Shown here: positions 1 to 9,257 of the stretch, in pieces
Position numbering within the stretch: position 1 is the stretch's first letter
Layout of the letters: every line of letters starts with the position of its first letter
Origin: Methanotrichaceae archaeon
Lineage (GTDB): Archaea; Halobacteriota; Methanosarcinia; Methanotrichales; Methanotrichaceae
DNA: 64,000 nt
Direction of reading: 5' to 3'
Assembly: GCA_963803145.1 (NCBI GenBank)
Contig: CAWDLW010000030.1
Coordinates: 19,967 to 83,966, forward strand
The notes under the pieces: model-generated
What the model saw: the letters and a program-made list of their open reading frames with translations, nothing else
What the model was told of the DNA's origin: nothing
The model's database searches: none
Made by a program: the position numbers and the translations under genes

Positions 1-29
1 ATCCAGGATGATGCAAATAGAATAACGAA

Positions 30-929
30 CTATCCAATCAGCCGCGCCAGCACCGCCTTGCTTGTATGTAAGCGGTTCTCCGCCTCATCGAAGACCACAG
101 ACTGCCGCCCATCCATCACCTCATCGGTGATCTCCTGGCCGCGATGCGCCGGGAGGCAGTGCATGACTATGGCTTTCTCATGAGTCAGCCTCATCAGATC
201 AGAGTTTACCTGATACCTTCCGAAGACCCTGAACCTTTCAGCCTCCTCTTTTTCGTCTCCCATTGAGATCCAGGTATCGGTTATTACGACATCGGCGCCG
301 TGTGCCGCCTCAGCCGGATCGGCCATGATCTCCGGCAGGCCACCTAGCCTTTTCGCCTCTTCTAATATTTGGGCCTTTGGCTGGTATCCTTTGGGCGATG
401 CAACTTTTATGTGCATGCCTATGATTGCAGATGCCAGGATCATAGAGTTGCAGACGTTGTTCCCATCGCCAATCCATGCCACATTCAGCTCCTCCAGCCA
501 TCCAAAGCACTGGCGCATTGTCATAAGGTCTGCCAGAACCTGCAGTGGATGCTCCCAGTCTGAGAGCGCATTGACAACAGGAATGCTCGAATATCTCGCA
601 AGCTGAACAACCGTACTCTGCGAGTAGACACGAGCAGTTATTCCGTGAACGTATCTCGACAGCACTCGGGCCGTGTCGGCTATAGTCTCGCCCCGGCCAA
701 GCTGAAGCTCGCCCGCGCTCAGGTAAAGCGCATGTCCTCCCAGCTCCTCGAAGGCTACCTGCAGTGAGACACGTGTTCTCGTCGACGGCTTCTCGAAGAT
801 CATCGCCAGGCTCTTTCCTGCGAGCGGCCTGTCCCTTGACTTCCCCCTACTCTGCTTGAACGCCTCTGCGCTGTTCAAGATGCCGAATATCTGGTTCTTT
901 GTGAGGTCTGAGATGGATATCAGATTCAT
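30..929 (-). CDS. argF: ornithine carbamoyltransferase
   Basis: 299-aa ORF with the carbamoyl-phosphate motif STRTR plus HPLQ, DTWISMG and HCLPAHRG, which fit OTCase rather than ATCase. Confidence 0.9.
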   Translation of the reverse strand: MNLISISDLTKNQIFGILNSAEAFKQSRGKSRDRPLAGKSLAMIFEKPSTRTRVSLQVAFEELGGHALYLSAGELQLGRGETIADTARVLSRYVHGITARVYSQSTVVQLARYSSIPVVNALSDWEHPLQVLADLMTMRQCFGWLEELNVAWIGDGNNVCNSMILASAIIGMHIKVASPKGYQPKAQILEEAKRLGGLPEIMADPAEAAHGADVVITDTWISMGDEKEEAERFRVFGRYQVNSDLMRLTHEKAIVMHCLPAHRGQEITDEVMDGRQSVVFDEAENRLHTSKAVLARLIG

Positions 930-1008
930 GGGCTTACACCTGAGATTTCATTTGGGTTTCATTTTGGCTTCATTAGGCTTTCGTTTGAATTCATTTGTCG
1001 TATGGATT

Positions 1009-1398
1009 TTATTGAGATCTCATCCTCTGGAGCAGCTCAGATATCTCAGTTACCCTATCCCCCGAAGGAGCTACCTTTGCGACTATGCCCTTGAACTCAG
1101 GTATGCCCATATCGCAGTTATCATCCCTGACAAGCTGATTCGCCCAAGGGCTATTGGTCATGAACGCTAATCCCGGATGAGGTTCATCATCGGAGACCTT
1201 GGCAGCCACTATTACGCTACTAATATCATTTGTAATGCGAACGTTTTGGCCATCGTTTACCCCGAGCCTTGCCATATCCCCTTTATCAAGTATTATCTGG
1301 GCGCTGAGCTTCCTGTACTCCTCAGAGTATCGGCCCTTCTTCCCAGCCTCATACTGAAATATGTCTCGGAAGGTGACAATCTTAACATCCAGATCCAT
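1009..1398 (-). CDS. fwdD: formylmethanofuran dehydrogenase subunit D-like (molybdopterin dinucleotide-binding domain), paralog 1
   Basis: 129-aa ORF of FwdD/FmdD size and sequence style. It is a paralog of 53020..53403. It lies directly downstream of the fwdB-like gene with a 1-nt overlap. Confidence 0.8.
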   Translation of the reverse strand: MDLDVKIVTFRDIFQYEAGKKGRYSEEYRKLSAQIILDKGDMARLGVNDGQNVRITNDISSVIVAAKVSDDEPHPGLAFMTNSPWANQLVRDDNCDMGIPEFKGIVAKVAPSGDRVTEISELLQRMRSQ

Positions 1399-2618
1399 CA
1401 GATCTCCTCCTTAATTCTCTTCAGTATCTCCTCATCTGACGGCAGATCAGATTTGGTGAAGGGGTCGAATTTGATCTTCACGCCATCCATGCGTATTGCG
1501 CTCCCTCCAGCCTCAAGCCCATACATAGCAGAGGGTATCACAACCTTAGCAGCATCAGTGGTCAGCGATCTTCGCGGGTCAATGGCGATAAGCTGAGTTT
1601 TTGCGAGGCGCCCAGCAGTTCCAAATGGGAGGGCGGATAACGGATCCGAGCCTATCACCATAGCCGCATCGCAGGTCTTTGCTGCTGTTACGACACTGTA
1701 CTCGGGCCCATGCTTAGCGGCTCCACCCTCGAATGAGACCTGGTTTATGTAGCCCGTTTGGGCTAAAAGCAGCTCATTGAAGCCGCGCATGTTGTAGTGC
1801 CCTACCATCGGTATGACCTTGAATGCTGTGATCTCGTTCAGCTTTGTGACCAGAGATTTAAGAAGGTCGATATTCTCCCTCAGCGAATAGATCAACCCGA
1901 GCCCTGGGAATATCACGCCGAACTCGGTCTTACGCAAGATCGTGCCAAGCTCAATCATTTTCTTTTTGTCTCCGGACTTGGGGATCTTGCCATCCAGAAC
2001 TGCCATGATCGACTCTATGAAGCTCGTATCTCCGCCCGGACTAACGCGGAAGTAGTTCTCACAGAGCTTTGCAGTCGAAGACTTCCGCACATCGATAACT
2101 ATGCAGGTTCTCTCTTCCTCGTAGCTCTTCTGCCTTTTCTCGCCACGAGGATAATATGCAAATCGGGACATATGCCTTGGATGGCTGTTCGATGGACCTG
2201 CGCCCCAGAATACGGATACATCTGCGAAGTTTCTTACGTCATCTAAGGTGCACGTTGGAAGCTCTCCGCGTAAAACCATTTCCAGCAGCAGACCCTGACA
2301 GAATGAGGATGTATCATCTATGACTGCACCTAGCTTCTTCGCAAGCTCGATTCCCACGCTCTGTGCCTCAAGTGTGGAGTTCGACCAGCCATAGAGCAGA
2401 GGATGTTTTGATTCCCTCAGTATCTCGGCCGCCTTTTTTATTGCCTCATCGACCGACACATTTCGACCGTCGACCAATGGAACTGTCCTCTCTGTGAAAA
2501 GGGCCTGGAAGTGACCATAGCCCTTTCGGCATAGGTTCTTTGCCTGGGATATGGCTCCAGTCTTCAAAGCAAGCTCAATATCCTCACAGAGCAGAGAGCA
2601 TCCAGTACATGTTGCCAT
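1398..2618 (-). CDS. fwdB: formylmethanofuran dehydrogenase subunit B-like (Mo/W-bis-PGD enzyme), divergent paralog
   Basis: N-terminal Fe-S motif CTGCSLLCEDI. Collinear with the FwdB at 51716..53023. Start trimmed to the ATG at 2618, which follows AGGTGGT; the ORF track begins at a GTG at 2627. The putative metal-ligand Cys sits in SSFCQG rather than TVCHG. Confidence 0.8.
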   Translation of the reverse strand: MATCTGCSLLCEDIELALKTGAISQAKNLCRKGYGHFQALFTERTVPLVDGRNVSVDEAIKKAAEILRESKHPLLYGWSNSTLEAQSVGIELAKKLGAVIDDTSSFCQGLLLEMVLRGELPTCTLDDVRNFADVSVFWGAGPSNSHPRHMSRFAYYPRGEKRQKSYEEERTCIVIDVRKSSTAKLCENYFRVSPGGDTSFIESIMAVLDGKIPKSGDKKKMIELGTILRKTEFGVIFPGLGLIYSLRENIDLLKSLVTKLNEITAFKVIPMVGHYNMRGFNELLLAQTGYINQVSFEGGAAKHGPEYSVVTAAKTCDAAMVIGSDPLSALPFGTAGRLAKTQLIAIDPRRSLTTDAAKVVIPSAMYGLEAGGSAIRMDGVKIKFDPFTKSDLPSDEEILKRIKEEI

Positions 2619-2627
2619 GATGACCAC

Positions 2628-3089
2628 CTAAACGAACTCTATAGCCTTGCTTGGGCATGTCACTGTGCAGGCGTTGCACAAAACTTTGTTCGGCCCAAAG
2701 CGCCGGCATTCCTTTATGTTCAGACATTTTACGACGCCGTCCTCAACAACCAATATCGCCTTATCGCTCTTCGGACCAAGCCCTATGGCGCTCCCTGTTG
2801 GGTCGCTGGCCACATTCACTGGACAGGCAACTACGCAGTTTCCGCAGCCGAAACACTTCTCCCCATGGATTATAAGGCCTGTCTCCGATGCCTTCTCCAG
2901 AGGCGCTAAGACTTCCTTGAGCTTTTTGAGCTTATCCGCATATTTAGGATTGAACAGTGCCGGGCAGTCCTCAAGCTTCTTCTCTCTATTGAGTAGAGCT
3001 ACTGCCAATGCCATACAGCTAGCATATCCGCAATCCTTACAGGCATCCTTTGGCAACAATTGGTAAAGTTCCATGGCGCTGACCATCAC
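2628..3089 (-). CDS. Fe-S protein: RnfB/CdhE-type N-terminal Fe-S domain fused to a 2x[4Fe-4S] ferredoxin domain (FwdG-like electron module)
   Basis: N-terminal LYQLLPKDACKDCGYASCMALAVALLNREKKLEDCP aligns by eye with the CdhE N-terminus in this window (LYKQLPQTNCKECGEQTCMAFAAGLIERKKKVEDCT). The C-terminal half has CFGCGNCVVACP and CNACTVTCP ferredoxin motifs. Confidence 0.65.
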   Translation of the reverse strand: MMVSAMELYQLLPKDACKDCGYASCMALAVALLNREKKLEDCPALFNPKYADKLKKLKEVLAPLEKASETGLIIHGEKCFGCGNCVVACPVNVASDPTGSAIGLGPKSDKAILVVEDGVVKCLNIKECRRFGPNKVLCNACTVTCPSKAIEFV

Positions 3090-3200
3090 ATGATATCTCC
3101 ATCTGTTGGGCTTAATGACTTTATGTGCTCAATCGTATTAAGAATATTGGCCAGGCCCTTCGAGAAACCTTTTCATACCCGCGAGATCTAAATAACATCG

Positions 3201-4952
3201 ATGCCTTTCAGCAACCCTCTGGCGCTACTTGGACTGCTCAGTATTGCGCCGCTCATAATAATATACCTCATCAGACCCAAACCTAAGATTATACCATTCT
3301 CATCGACGATCTTTCTCACAGAGGGTGAAGCTGAGCGCTCTGCAATCCTGAGCCGTCTGATTAAAGATCCTCTCTTCTGGATTCAGCTTCTTGTTCTCGT
3401 CTCAATATCCGTAGCTGCTGCAGGCCCATATACGACGACTGTTGGAGCCCCATCAAGCCATCTTGTTGTGGTCCTGGATGTCTCTGCAAGCATGGAAAAC
3501 AGCTTTTCGCGAGCATTAAATGTTATAGGTCCTTACTTGGATCAATATGATAGAGTAAGCATAGTCCTTGCAAGCAGCATACCTGAGTCTGCCCTCCAAT
3601 CGGGCAATAGCGCTGAGGCTAGAGGTGTCCTATCAAAAGTATCGCCGCGAGCTGTAGTTGCCGATATTTCCTCGGCGATGACCTTGGCGAATGGGCTCCT
3701 AGGCTCTGAAGGCGGAAATATTCTCGTTGTATCCGATTTCATAAGCTGGCAGGGCGATGACCCTAATGAAACACGAAAGCTCCTTGAGGCAGATGGCAAA
3801 ACAAGCATTGTCTTTGCAAACACTATGGGAGGGGGCGATAATGTTGCAATCATCGGAGGCTGGGATGTATCCGGAACCGGCTATGTAAATCATACCGCAC
3901 TGGTGCATAACTTCGGAAGTGCGAGAACTGTGCCCATAACCATTAGAGGACCGGGAGGCTCATCAAGCAGGTCTATAGCCATGGATCAAGGCGGAGACTA
4001 CTATTTCTCCTTCACGGCATTTCCTGGCGTGAACTACATCACTTTAGACCTGAACGATGCCATAAGCTGGGATAACAAGGCATACATCTATGTGCCTGAT
4101 CAGGGCCAGAAGAAGGTTCTATATCTCGGGGATGTTACGCCTGCCATTGCTGCCTTGCATTCACTTCCAAACGTTCAGGCAGCGAGATCAGGAGACTACA
4201 ATAGCTTTGACATAATAGTCGTGGCCAAGAATGCCTCTGATAACGGCGAACTCAACCGCTACATCGATAACGGCGGAAGGGCGATATACATTGCCTCTAG
4301 CCAGAACGATAGCCCTGAATATCTGCCTGTGAAGATAACGGGCTCTTCTGCGGGACCCGTGAACCTCTGGTTTAGAAACCCGGTGTTTGCGAGCGATATA
4401 CATTTCGATGAGATTGGCATCTTCGGCTACCTGGATTCCTCAGCTCGCAGGGGTTCCGTCTCGATGATAGAGGCAAATGGAGCACCAGTTCTGGCCTATT
4501 GGCGGTTAGGTAAGGGAACAGTGATTTACAACGGCCTTGAGGTAGACTCCGACTTCTACCAGCGGCCTGAATATCCTATATTCTGGTATGATATGATCAA
4601 CTGGCTCACAGGTGTTCCAGATATCTCCCAGTCCAACCACAAAACGGGAGAGTTTATTCCTCTGGGAGAAACAGTGAACGTTGAGTCCCCACAGGGCACG
4701 ATTACTACATCCAGCCTGCTTCTGGATGAGGTGGGGATATATAGCTTCCAGGGTACGACTCTCGCTGCAAACTTGTATGATCAGCGCGAATCCGACTTAA
4801 GCGGAGGCGCGGTCTATCCCGCAGGAGAGTTTAATACCGGCACAACTGGCGAAACTCTTGTTAAGCAGGATCTATCCCAATGGGTTATCATTTTAGCTGT
4901 CCTGGCGATACTATCAGAGCTTGCAATCATCTGGTGGAGGCGTGAGGCATGA
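3201..4952 (+). CDS. BatA-like membrane protein with von Willebrand factor A domain
   Basis: N-terminal double-TM region of aerotolerance-regulator (BatA N-terminal) type. MIDAS-like LDVSASM. C-terminal TM anchor followed by WWRREA. Confidence 0.7.
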   Translation: MPFSNPLALLGLLSIAPLIIIYLIRPKPKIIPFSSTIFLTEGEAERSAILSRLIKDPLFWIQLLVLVSISVAAAGPYTTTVGAPSSHLVVVLDVSASMENSFSRALNVIGPYLDQYDRVSIVLASSIPESALQSGNSAEARGVLSKVSPRAVVADISSAMTLANGLLGSEGGNILVVSDFISWQGDDPNETRKLLEADGKTSIVFANTMGGGDNVAIIGGWDVSGTGYVNHTALVHNFGSARTVPITIRGPGGSSSRSIAMDQGGDYYFSFTAFPGVNYITLDLNDAISWDNKAYIYVPDQGQKKVLYLGDVTPAIAALHSLPNVQAARSGDYNSFDIIVVAKNASDNGELNRYIDNGGRAIYIASSQNDSPEYLPVKITGSSAGPVNLWFRNPVFASDIHFDEIGIFGYLDSSARRGSVSMIEANGAPVLAYWRLGKGTVIYNGLEVDSDFYQRPEYPIFWYDMINWLTGVPDISQSNHKTGEFIPLGETVNVESPQGTITTSSLLLDEVGIYSFQGTTLAANLYDQRESDLSGGAVYPAGEFNTGTTGETLVKQDLSQWVIILAVLAILSELAIIWWRREA

Positions 4953-7321
4953 TAGAGAACATCTACTTTGCATCGCCTCAGCTTCTATGGCTGCTTCCTG
5001 TGCTGCTCCTTCCAGGATTGATCTATCTAATCCTCCGAGCCAAGAACAGGTCTCTGGTAGCATCCAGGCTCGCCGTTCTCTCTCTGATAATAATCGCAGC
5101 TGCAAACCCGTATACTATTACGACGCAAACTGTCAGATCCGAGCAGCCAAGCATAACCCTGCTTGATGATAAAACAGGCTCAATGAATATCTTTGATCCA
5201 AATGTTGCGGCTCGCCTAGGCCAGATATTGAATGGAGCGCAGATCAGATCGTTCTCAGGCGACTCGACTCCACTCGGAGATAAGATCCTCCAATATTCTA
5301 CGCCCGGCAATGCCCTCGTCCTCGTCTCCGACGGCCAGAATAATAAAGGAAGACCGCTATCGGACGCGCTAACCCTTGCAAAGGCATCGAACACTAGCTT
5401 ATTCGCAATACAGATTTCACCTATAATTAGCGACTCCGGCGTGGTGATCCAAGGGACGAATACTGCCGTTATCGGCGATGACTACCCATTCAAAGTTGTT
5501 ATCAATTCCTCGGATAGATATGAGGGAACGCTATCCGTCTATGCTGATGATGTACGCATCTATTCAGATAATATCGCTGCCAACAAGACGATATCGATTG
5601 GAATCTCCCATACATTTAGGGATACTGGCGCGCATATTTTGAGAGCATCCATCGCTCCGGACTCACAGCCTGTGAACGATGAATACCAGAAGGCAGTCTA
5701 TGTTGTTCCCAAGCCGAATGTGCTCCTAGTATCGAGCACCCCGTCCCCGTTGGCAACAGATCTTGCAGGCTTATACGGACTCAGCATGGCCACTAGTCTT
5801 CCAGCGAACCTCAGCAGCTATAAGACTGTCGTGATTGATAACCAGATGTACAGCCCGGAGCTTGATCAGCTCAAGGCTTACGTTCGCGACGGAGGCGGGC
5901 TCGTTGTGGTGGGCGGCCCGGCCTCCTATGAGTATGGAGGTTACTATAACACCACATTCGAGAGTGTACTTCCCACCAGATCGACGCCCAGCATATTCGA
6001 GGGCGGCAAGACTGCTGTGATGGTCATAGATATCTCCTTCAGCCTTACTGACACCAAGACGAAGGATGGTACGCCATTACTGGATTATGAAAAAGCCCTG
6101 GCAATAGAGCTCCTCAAGTCTCCTGATCTTCAGGATTACAAGGTGGGACTGGTGGTCTTTGGCACAAAGGCATATGATGTATCAGACCCTGTGCCGCTCT
6201 CAAGTGGCAGGACATTCCTGGAGGATAGGATTGCCAGCCTCTCTCCATCATCAACAGAGAACACTTACCTTGACGGCGGACTTCAGCTGGCTTGGAATAT
6301 GCTCAATGAGAGCGGCAACAAAGGAGAGCTAATTGTTTTATCGGACGGCATCCTGCAGAACTACCCCGATGTAATAAAGCATTCTGATCAGCTTATCAAG
6401 CAGATGAATGTTACAACACGTCTTATTCAGGTTCAGGCATTTCCAGATACTACAGGACTTTTCGGTGAAATGGCTGCAGAAACAGGCGCTCAGTTCTACG
6501 CATTCACTTATCCTGAGTCAATATCAACGAAGATAGCAGGTCAGCCGGCAAACAAGCCTGAAGAGACAAATCAGCTTAAGGGATTCCCGATTGGAGTCGT
6601 TAACACTGACCACTACATAACCTCTGGCCTTGAGATCAACGCGACTATTACAGGCTTCAACGATATCACGCCGAAGCCTGGATCCCAGAAGCTAGTTGCC
6701 ATGGCAGATGGAAAGCCTGTGCTTACAACCTGGCGATATGGTCTTGGCAGAGTAGCGAGCCTATCTACAGATGATGGGAGTGTATGGGCATCTTCGATCT
6801 ATTCTCCGCCAAACTCAAAGCTCATATCTGCGATGGTCAACTGGGCAATAGGTGACCCGAGGCCTGAGGAGAACCGTATAGATGCAGACGATGGCTGGCT
6901 TGGCACTCCACTTCAGATCGGCATCACAAGCGATGCCAGGCCCAGTATAGATGGTGCAAGCATAGAAAAGATCGGGGATACGAGATATATTGCAACGTTT
7001 ACACCCGACAAGTCTGGCATATACTATGTCGGAGATTATGGTATTGCCGTTAACTATCCTCTGGAGTACAGGGATATAGGCTTCAATCCCGATCTGACCA
7101 GGCTGATTATGGCAAATGGCGGCAAGGTATTTACTGAGGCAGAGGCAAGGGAGAGCCTCGAGGCAGAAGCTAGCCGCTCAAGCCAGAGGACTATCGAGGA
7201 TAGGTCATCCAGAAGAGATATTCTTCTACTTGTGGCGCTATCTATATTTATTGTCGAAGTTGTGGTGAGGAAGCTCGGAGAGATAAAGAGGCGTGGCCGA
7301 TCCAGAAGGAGACTTTTCTGA
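4949..7321 (+). CDS. large BatA-like membrane protein with VWA domain(s) and a GATase1-like middle region
   Basis: ATGA overlap with the upstream gene. N-terminal double TM. DxSxS-type motifs LLDDKTGSM and VIDISFSL. The segment VLLVSS...DGGGLVVVGG. C-terminal TM plus an Arg-rich tail. Confidence 0.7.
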   Translation: MIENIYFASPQLLWLLPVLLLPGLIYLILRAKNRSLVASRLAVLSLIIIAAANPYTITTQTVRSEQPSITLLDDKTGSMNIFDPNVAARLGQILNGAQIRSFSGDSTPLGDKILQYSTPGNALVLVSDGQNNKGRPLSDALTLAKASNTSLFAIQISPIISDSGVVIQGTNTAVIGDDYPFKVVINSSDRYEGTLSVYADDVRIYSDNIAANKTISIGISHTFRDTGAHILRASIAPDSQPVNDEYQKAVYVVPKPNVLLVSSTPSPLATDLAGLYGLSMATSLPANLSSYKTVVIDNQMYSPELDQLKAYVRDGGGLVVVGGPASYEYGGYYNTTFESVLPTRSTPSIFEGGKTAVMVIDISFSLTDTKTKDGTPLLDYEKALAIELLKSPDLQDYKVGLVVFGTKAYDVSDPVPLSSGRTFLEDRIASLSPSSTENTYLDGGLQLAWNMLNESGNKGELIVLSDGILQNYPDVIKHSDQLIKQMNVTTRLIQVQAFPDTTGLFGEMAAETGAQFYAFTYPESISTKIAGQPANKPEETNQLKGFPIGVVNTDHYITSGLEINATITGFNDITPKPGSQKLVAMADGKPVLTTWRYGLGRVASLSTDDGSVWASSIYSPPNSKLISAMVNWAIGDPRPEENRIDADDGWLGTPLQIGITSDARPSIDGASIEKIGDTRYIATFTPDKSGIYYVGDYGIAVNYPLEYRDIGFNPDLTRLIMANGGKVFTEAEARESLEAEASRSSQRTIEDRSSRRDILLLVALSIFIVEVVVRKLGEIKRRGRSRRRLF

Positions 7322-7393
7322 CGATCTTACCATCAGATTTTAATAGCATATCAGTATTATTGAACATACATCAGCGGAGGTAATTATCACTAA

Positions 7394-7702
7394 ATGAGTT
7401 CTCAAATGTGCACTATTTGCGGCCTTCCAACGGAGCTTTGCATCTGCGAGGAGGTTGCTAAGGAGCAGCAGAGGATTGCAATAAAGGTTCAAAAGCGCAG
7501 GTATGGAAAAGAGGTAACCGTTATTCAGGGCATAGATCCACATGAGATAGATCTACAGGAGCTTTGTACCTACCTTAAATCCAAGCTTGCATGCGGCGGA
7601 ACCGTAAAGGACAGCATCATAGAGCTCCAGGGCAACCACACCCAGCGGATAAAGGAGATCCTTGTGAAGAGAGGGTTCGGCGCCGAGCAGATAAGCACCT
7701 AA
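7394..7702 (+). CDS. translation initiation factor aIF1 / SUI1
   Basis: 102-aa ORF with an N-terminal CxxC...CxC zinc knuckle and a SUI1 core ([12 protein letters not shown]...LACGGTV). Confidence 0.9.
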   Translation: MSSQMCTICGLPTELCICEEVAKEQQRIAIKVQKRRYGKEVTVIQGIDPHEIDLQELCTYLKSKLACGGTVKDSIIELQGNHTQRIKEILVKRGFGAEQIST

Positions 7703-7815
7703 AGATAAGCGCCGGAAGACAAGCGCATAAAATATCAGACCCGAGCCTTCACATCGTATCAACGAGCAAGGTCAGCGGTTGCATCTGAATATTTTTAAAT
7801 AAATTGGAGTAAAGC

Positions 7816-8196
7816 TCAGATGTTCTTATCGTAATTCTCTGAACTATCGAGCCCTGTCTCCCCTTCATTGCCAATAACTATGGCAAATATCCATTCGCTG
7901 AGCTTCGCACAATGCTCGGGCTCACACTCCTCGATACAGCCTGCACAAGGTTCAAAGAGGTCTATAGCCATGAGTGATTTGAATCGTCTGCCCTTAGATT
8001 TTTCTGCGCAATGAAGCCTATAGGTCCTGATGCCATCGGCGGTTTCCATCTCCCGGGTTATGAGGTTATCCTTCAGGAGCTTGGCAACTATTCGAGAGCA
8101 TTTGCGAGAATCTATCGCAAGAGCCTTCCAGAGGTCACTCTGAAGCACTCCATTCTCATGGGACTTTATATATTCAAGCGCGTCTTCAGCAGACAT
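7816..8196 (-). CDS. winged-helix DNA-binding protein with a C-terminal Cys cluster
   Basis: wHTH-like N-terminal half (GVLQSDLWKALAIDSRKCSRIVAKLLKDNLI). C-terminal C-x2-C-x3-C-x4-C (CAGCIEECEPEHC). Family not recognised. Confidence 0.5.
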   Translation of the reverse strand: MSAEDALEYIKSHENGVLQSDLWKALAIDSRKCSRIVAKLLKDNLITREMETADGIRTYRLHCAEKSKGRRFKSLMAIDLFEPCAGCIEECEPEHCAKLSEWIFAIVIGNEGETGLDSSENYDKNI

Positions 8197-8227
8197 CTTT
8201 ACCTTACCCCTACTCTAACTCTATACT

Positions 8228-8452
8228 CTACTCAATGGGACTTATTAGAATTATATTGTTCCCTCTCAATATCACAGACCCGAGTGAGCGTGTCTTCTCT
8301 CCACCTATGAGTTCTACTGTCTCTAGAAGGTGAAGGTTTAGATACTCATCAACGCTATTCAGAACCCCTTCTAGAACATAGCGCGGCGATCCCTTCATCT
8401 CAACCTGGATTTTTGTGCCCACTAATGATTGGACTTTTTTGGTTGGAAACAT
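8228..8452 (-). CDS. archaeal Sm-like (LSm) protein
   Basis: 74-aa ORF with Sm1/Sm2-like segments (G.L...D.YLNL.L....E......LG.V.LRGNNI.LI). Confidence 0.85.
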   Translation of the reverse strand: MFPTKKVQSLVGTKIQVEMKGSPRYVLEGVLNSVDEYLNLHLLETVELIGGEKTRSLGSVILRGNNIILISPIE

Positions 8453-8540
8453 AAATCTGACCTCTTAATTAATTAAGCTGAATAATACTTCAAAGTTTTG
8501 TGTTTTAAGACAGTTCTCTTTGAATAGAATTGAGCAGAAA

Positions 8541-8615
8541 TCTATACGGCATAAGCTTATACAGCATAAGCCTATACGGCATAAATCTATATGGCATAAA
8601 CCTATACAGCCTCAA
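8541..8615. repeat. 15-bp tandem repeat, about 5 copies (consensus YCTATACRGCATAAR)
   Basis: Units read directly from the sequence: tctatacggcataag, cttatacagcataag, cctatacggcataaa, tctatatggcataaa, cctatacagcctcaa. The last unit contains the stop codon of the NifU-like gene. Confidence 0.9.
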
Positions 8616-8829
8616 CGCCCTTTACGCCTGCAACGCTCTTCTTAAGCTCTTTCTCAATGAAGTTCTTTATAGTCATCTGAGAAAAGGGACAGCCAGCGCA
8701 GCTCCCCTGTAGCTTTACTTTGACTATTCCGTCATCTATGCCGACAAGCTTAACATCTCCGCCCTCGGTGCGCAGCGCAGTTCTAATCTTGTCCAAGGCA
8801 GCCTCAACGTCGTCCTTGAGATCTTGCAT
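8602..8829 (-). CDS. NifU-like (Nfu C-terminal domain) Fe-S scaffold/carrier protein
   Basis: 75-aa ORF with GGDV.L....G.V.V.L.GSCAGCP, the typical NifU C-terminal domain pattern. Confidence 0.8.
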   Translation of the reverse strand: MQDLKDDVEAALDKIRTALRTEGGDVKLVGIDDGIVKVKLQGSCAGCPFSQMTIKNFIEKELKKSVAGVKGVEAV

Positions 8830-8835
8830 AATACT

Positions 8836-9174
8836 CTAGTCCCCTTTCACATTTATGGATGTAATTTCGTGCCCTATAATCGTGTATCTTTTACCTCTTA
8901 AAGCTTCCTCGAGGCCATCAACGATCTTGCTATACTTTTCGGAAGCTATAACCGTATTGACCATGATGCCCGGCTCTGACTGGTCTCTTATTGCCTTTAG
9001 AGCCATATTCGGCTCCTCGTTGAGACGGAAATCCTTCCAGGTTTTCGGAGCCATGCCTTGATATTCAATAAGGTAAAAGCCGGTCATCCCAAGTTCGGTC
9101 AGCAGATTTATGACCCTTATAAGATGGTCATGATCTACGAAAATCTTGACCAACGTCTTCATGAAATACCCCAA
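8836..9174 (-). CDS. small protein with a P-II-like beta-alpha-beta-beta-alpha-beta pattern, family not recognised
   Basis: ORF sits 6 nt upstream of the NifU-like gene on the same strand. The fold guess rests only on the hydrophobic pattern. The start may be the internal MKTLV. Confidence 0.3.
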   Translation of the reverse strand: MGYFMKTLVKIFVDHDHLIRVINLLTELGMTGFYLIEYQGMAPKTWKDFRLNEEPNMALKAIRDQSEPGIMVNTVIASEKYSKIVDGLEEALRGKRYTIIGHEITSINVKGD

Positions 9175-9257
9175 GATGATTATTTCTCGGACGTACCTTA
9201 AATAGCTTCGCTAGATCAATGAATATTCTTTTATCCTGCGTGCATATCGGAAGTAGC

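Noticed and set aside
8541-8615. Possible CRISPR array
   Set aside because: The 15-bp units are directly adjacent with no spacers and are far shorter than CRISPR repeats. No cas genes are in the window.
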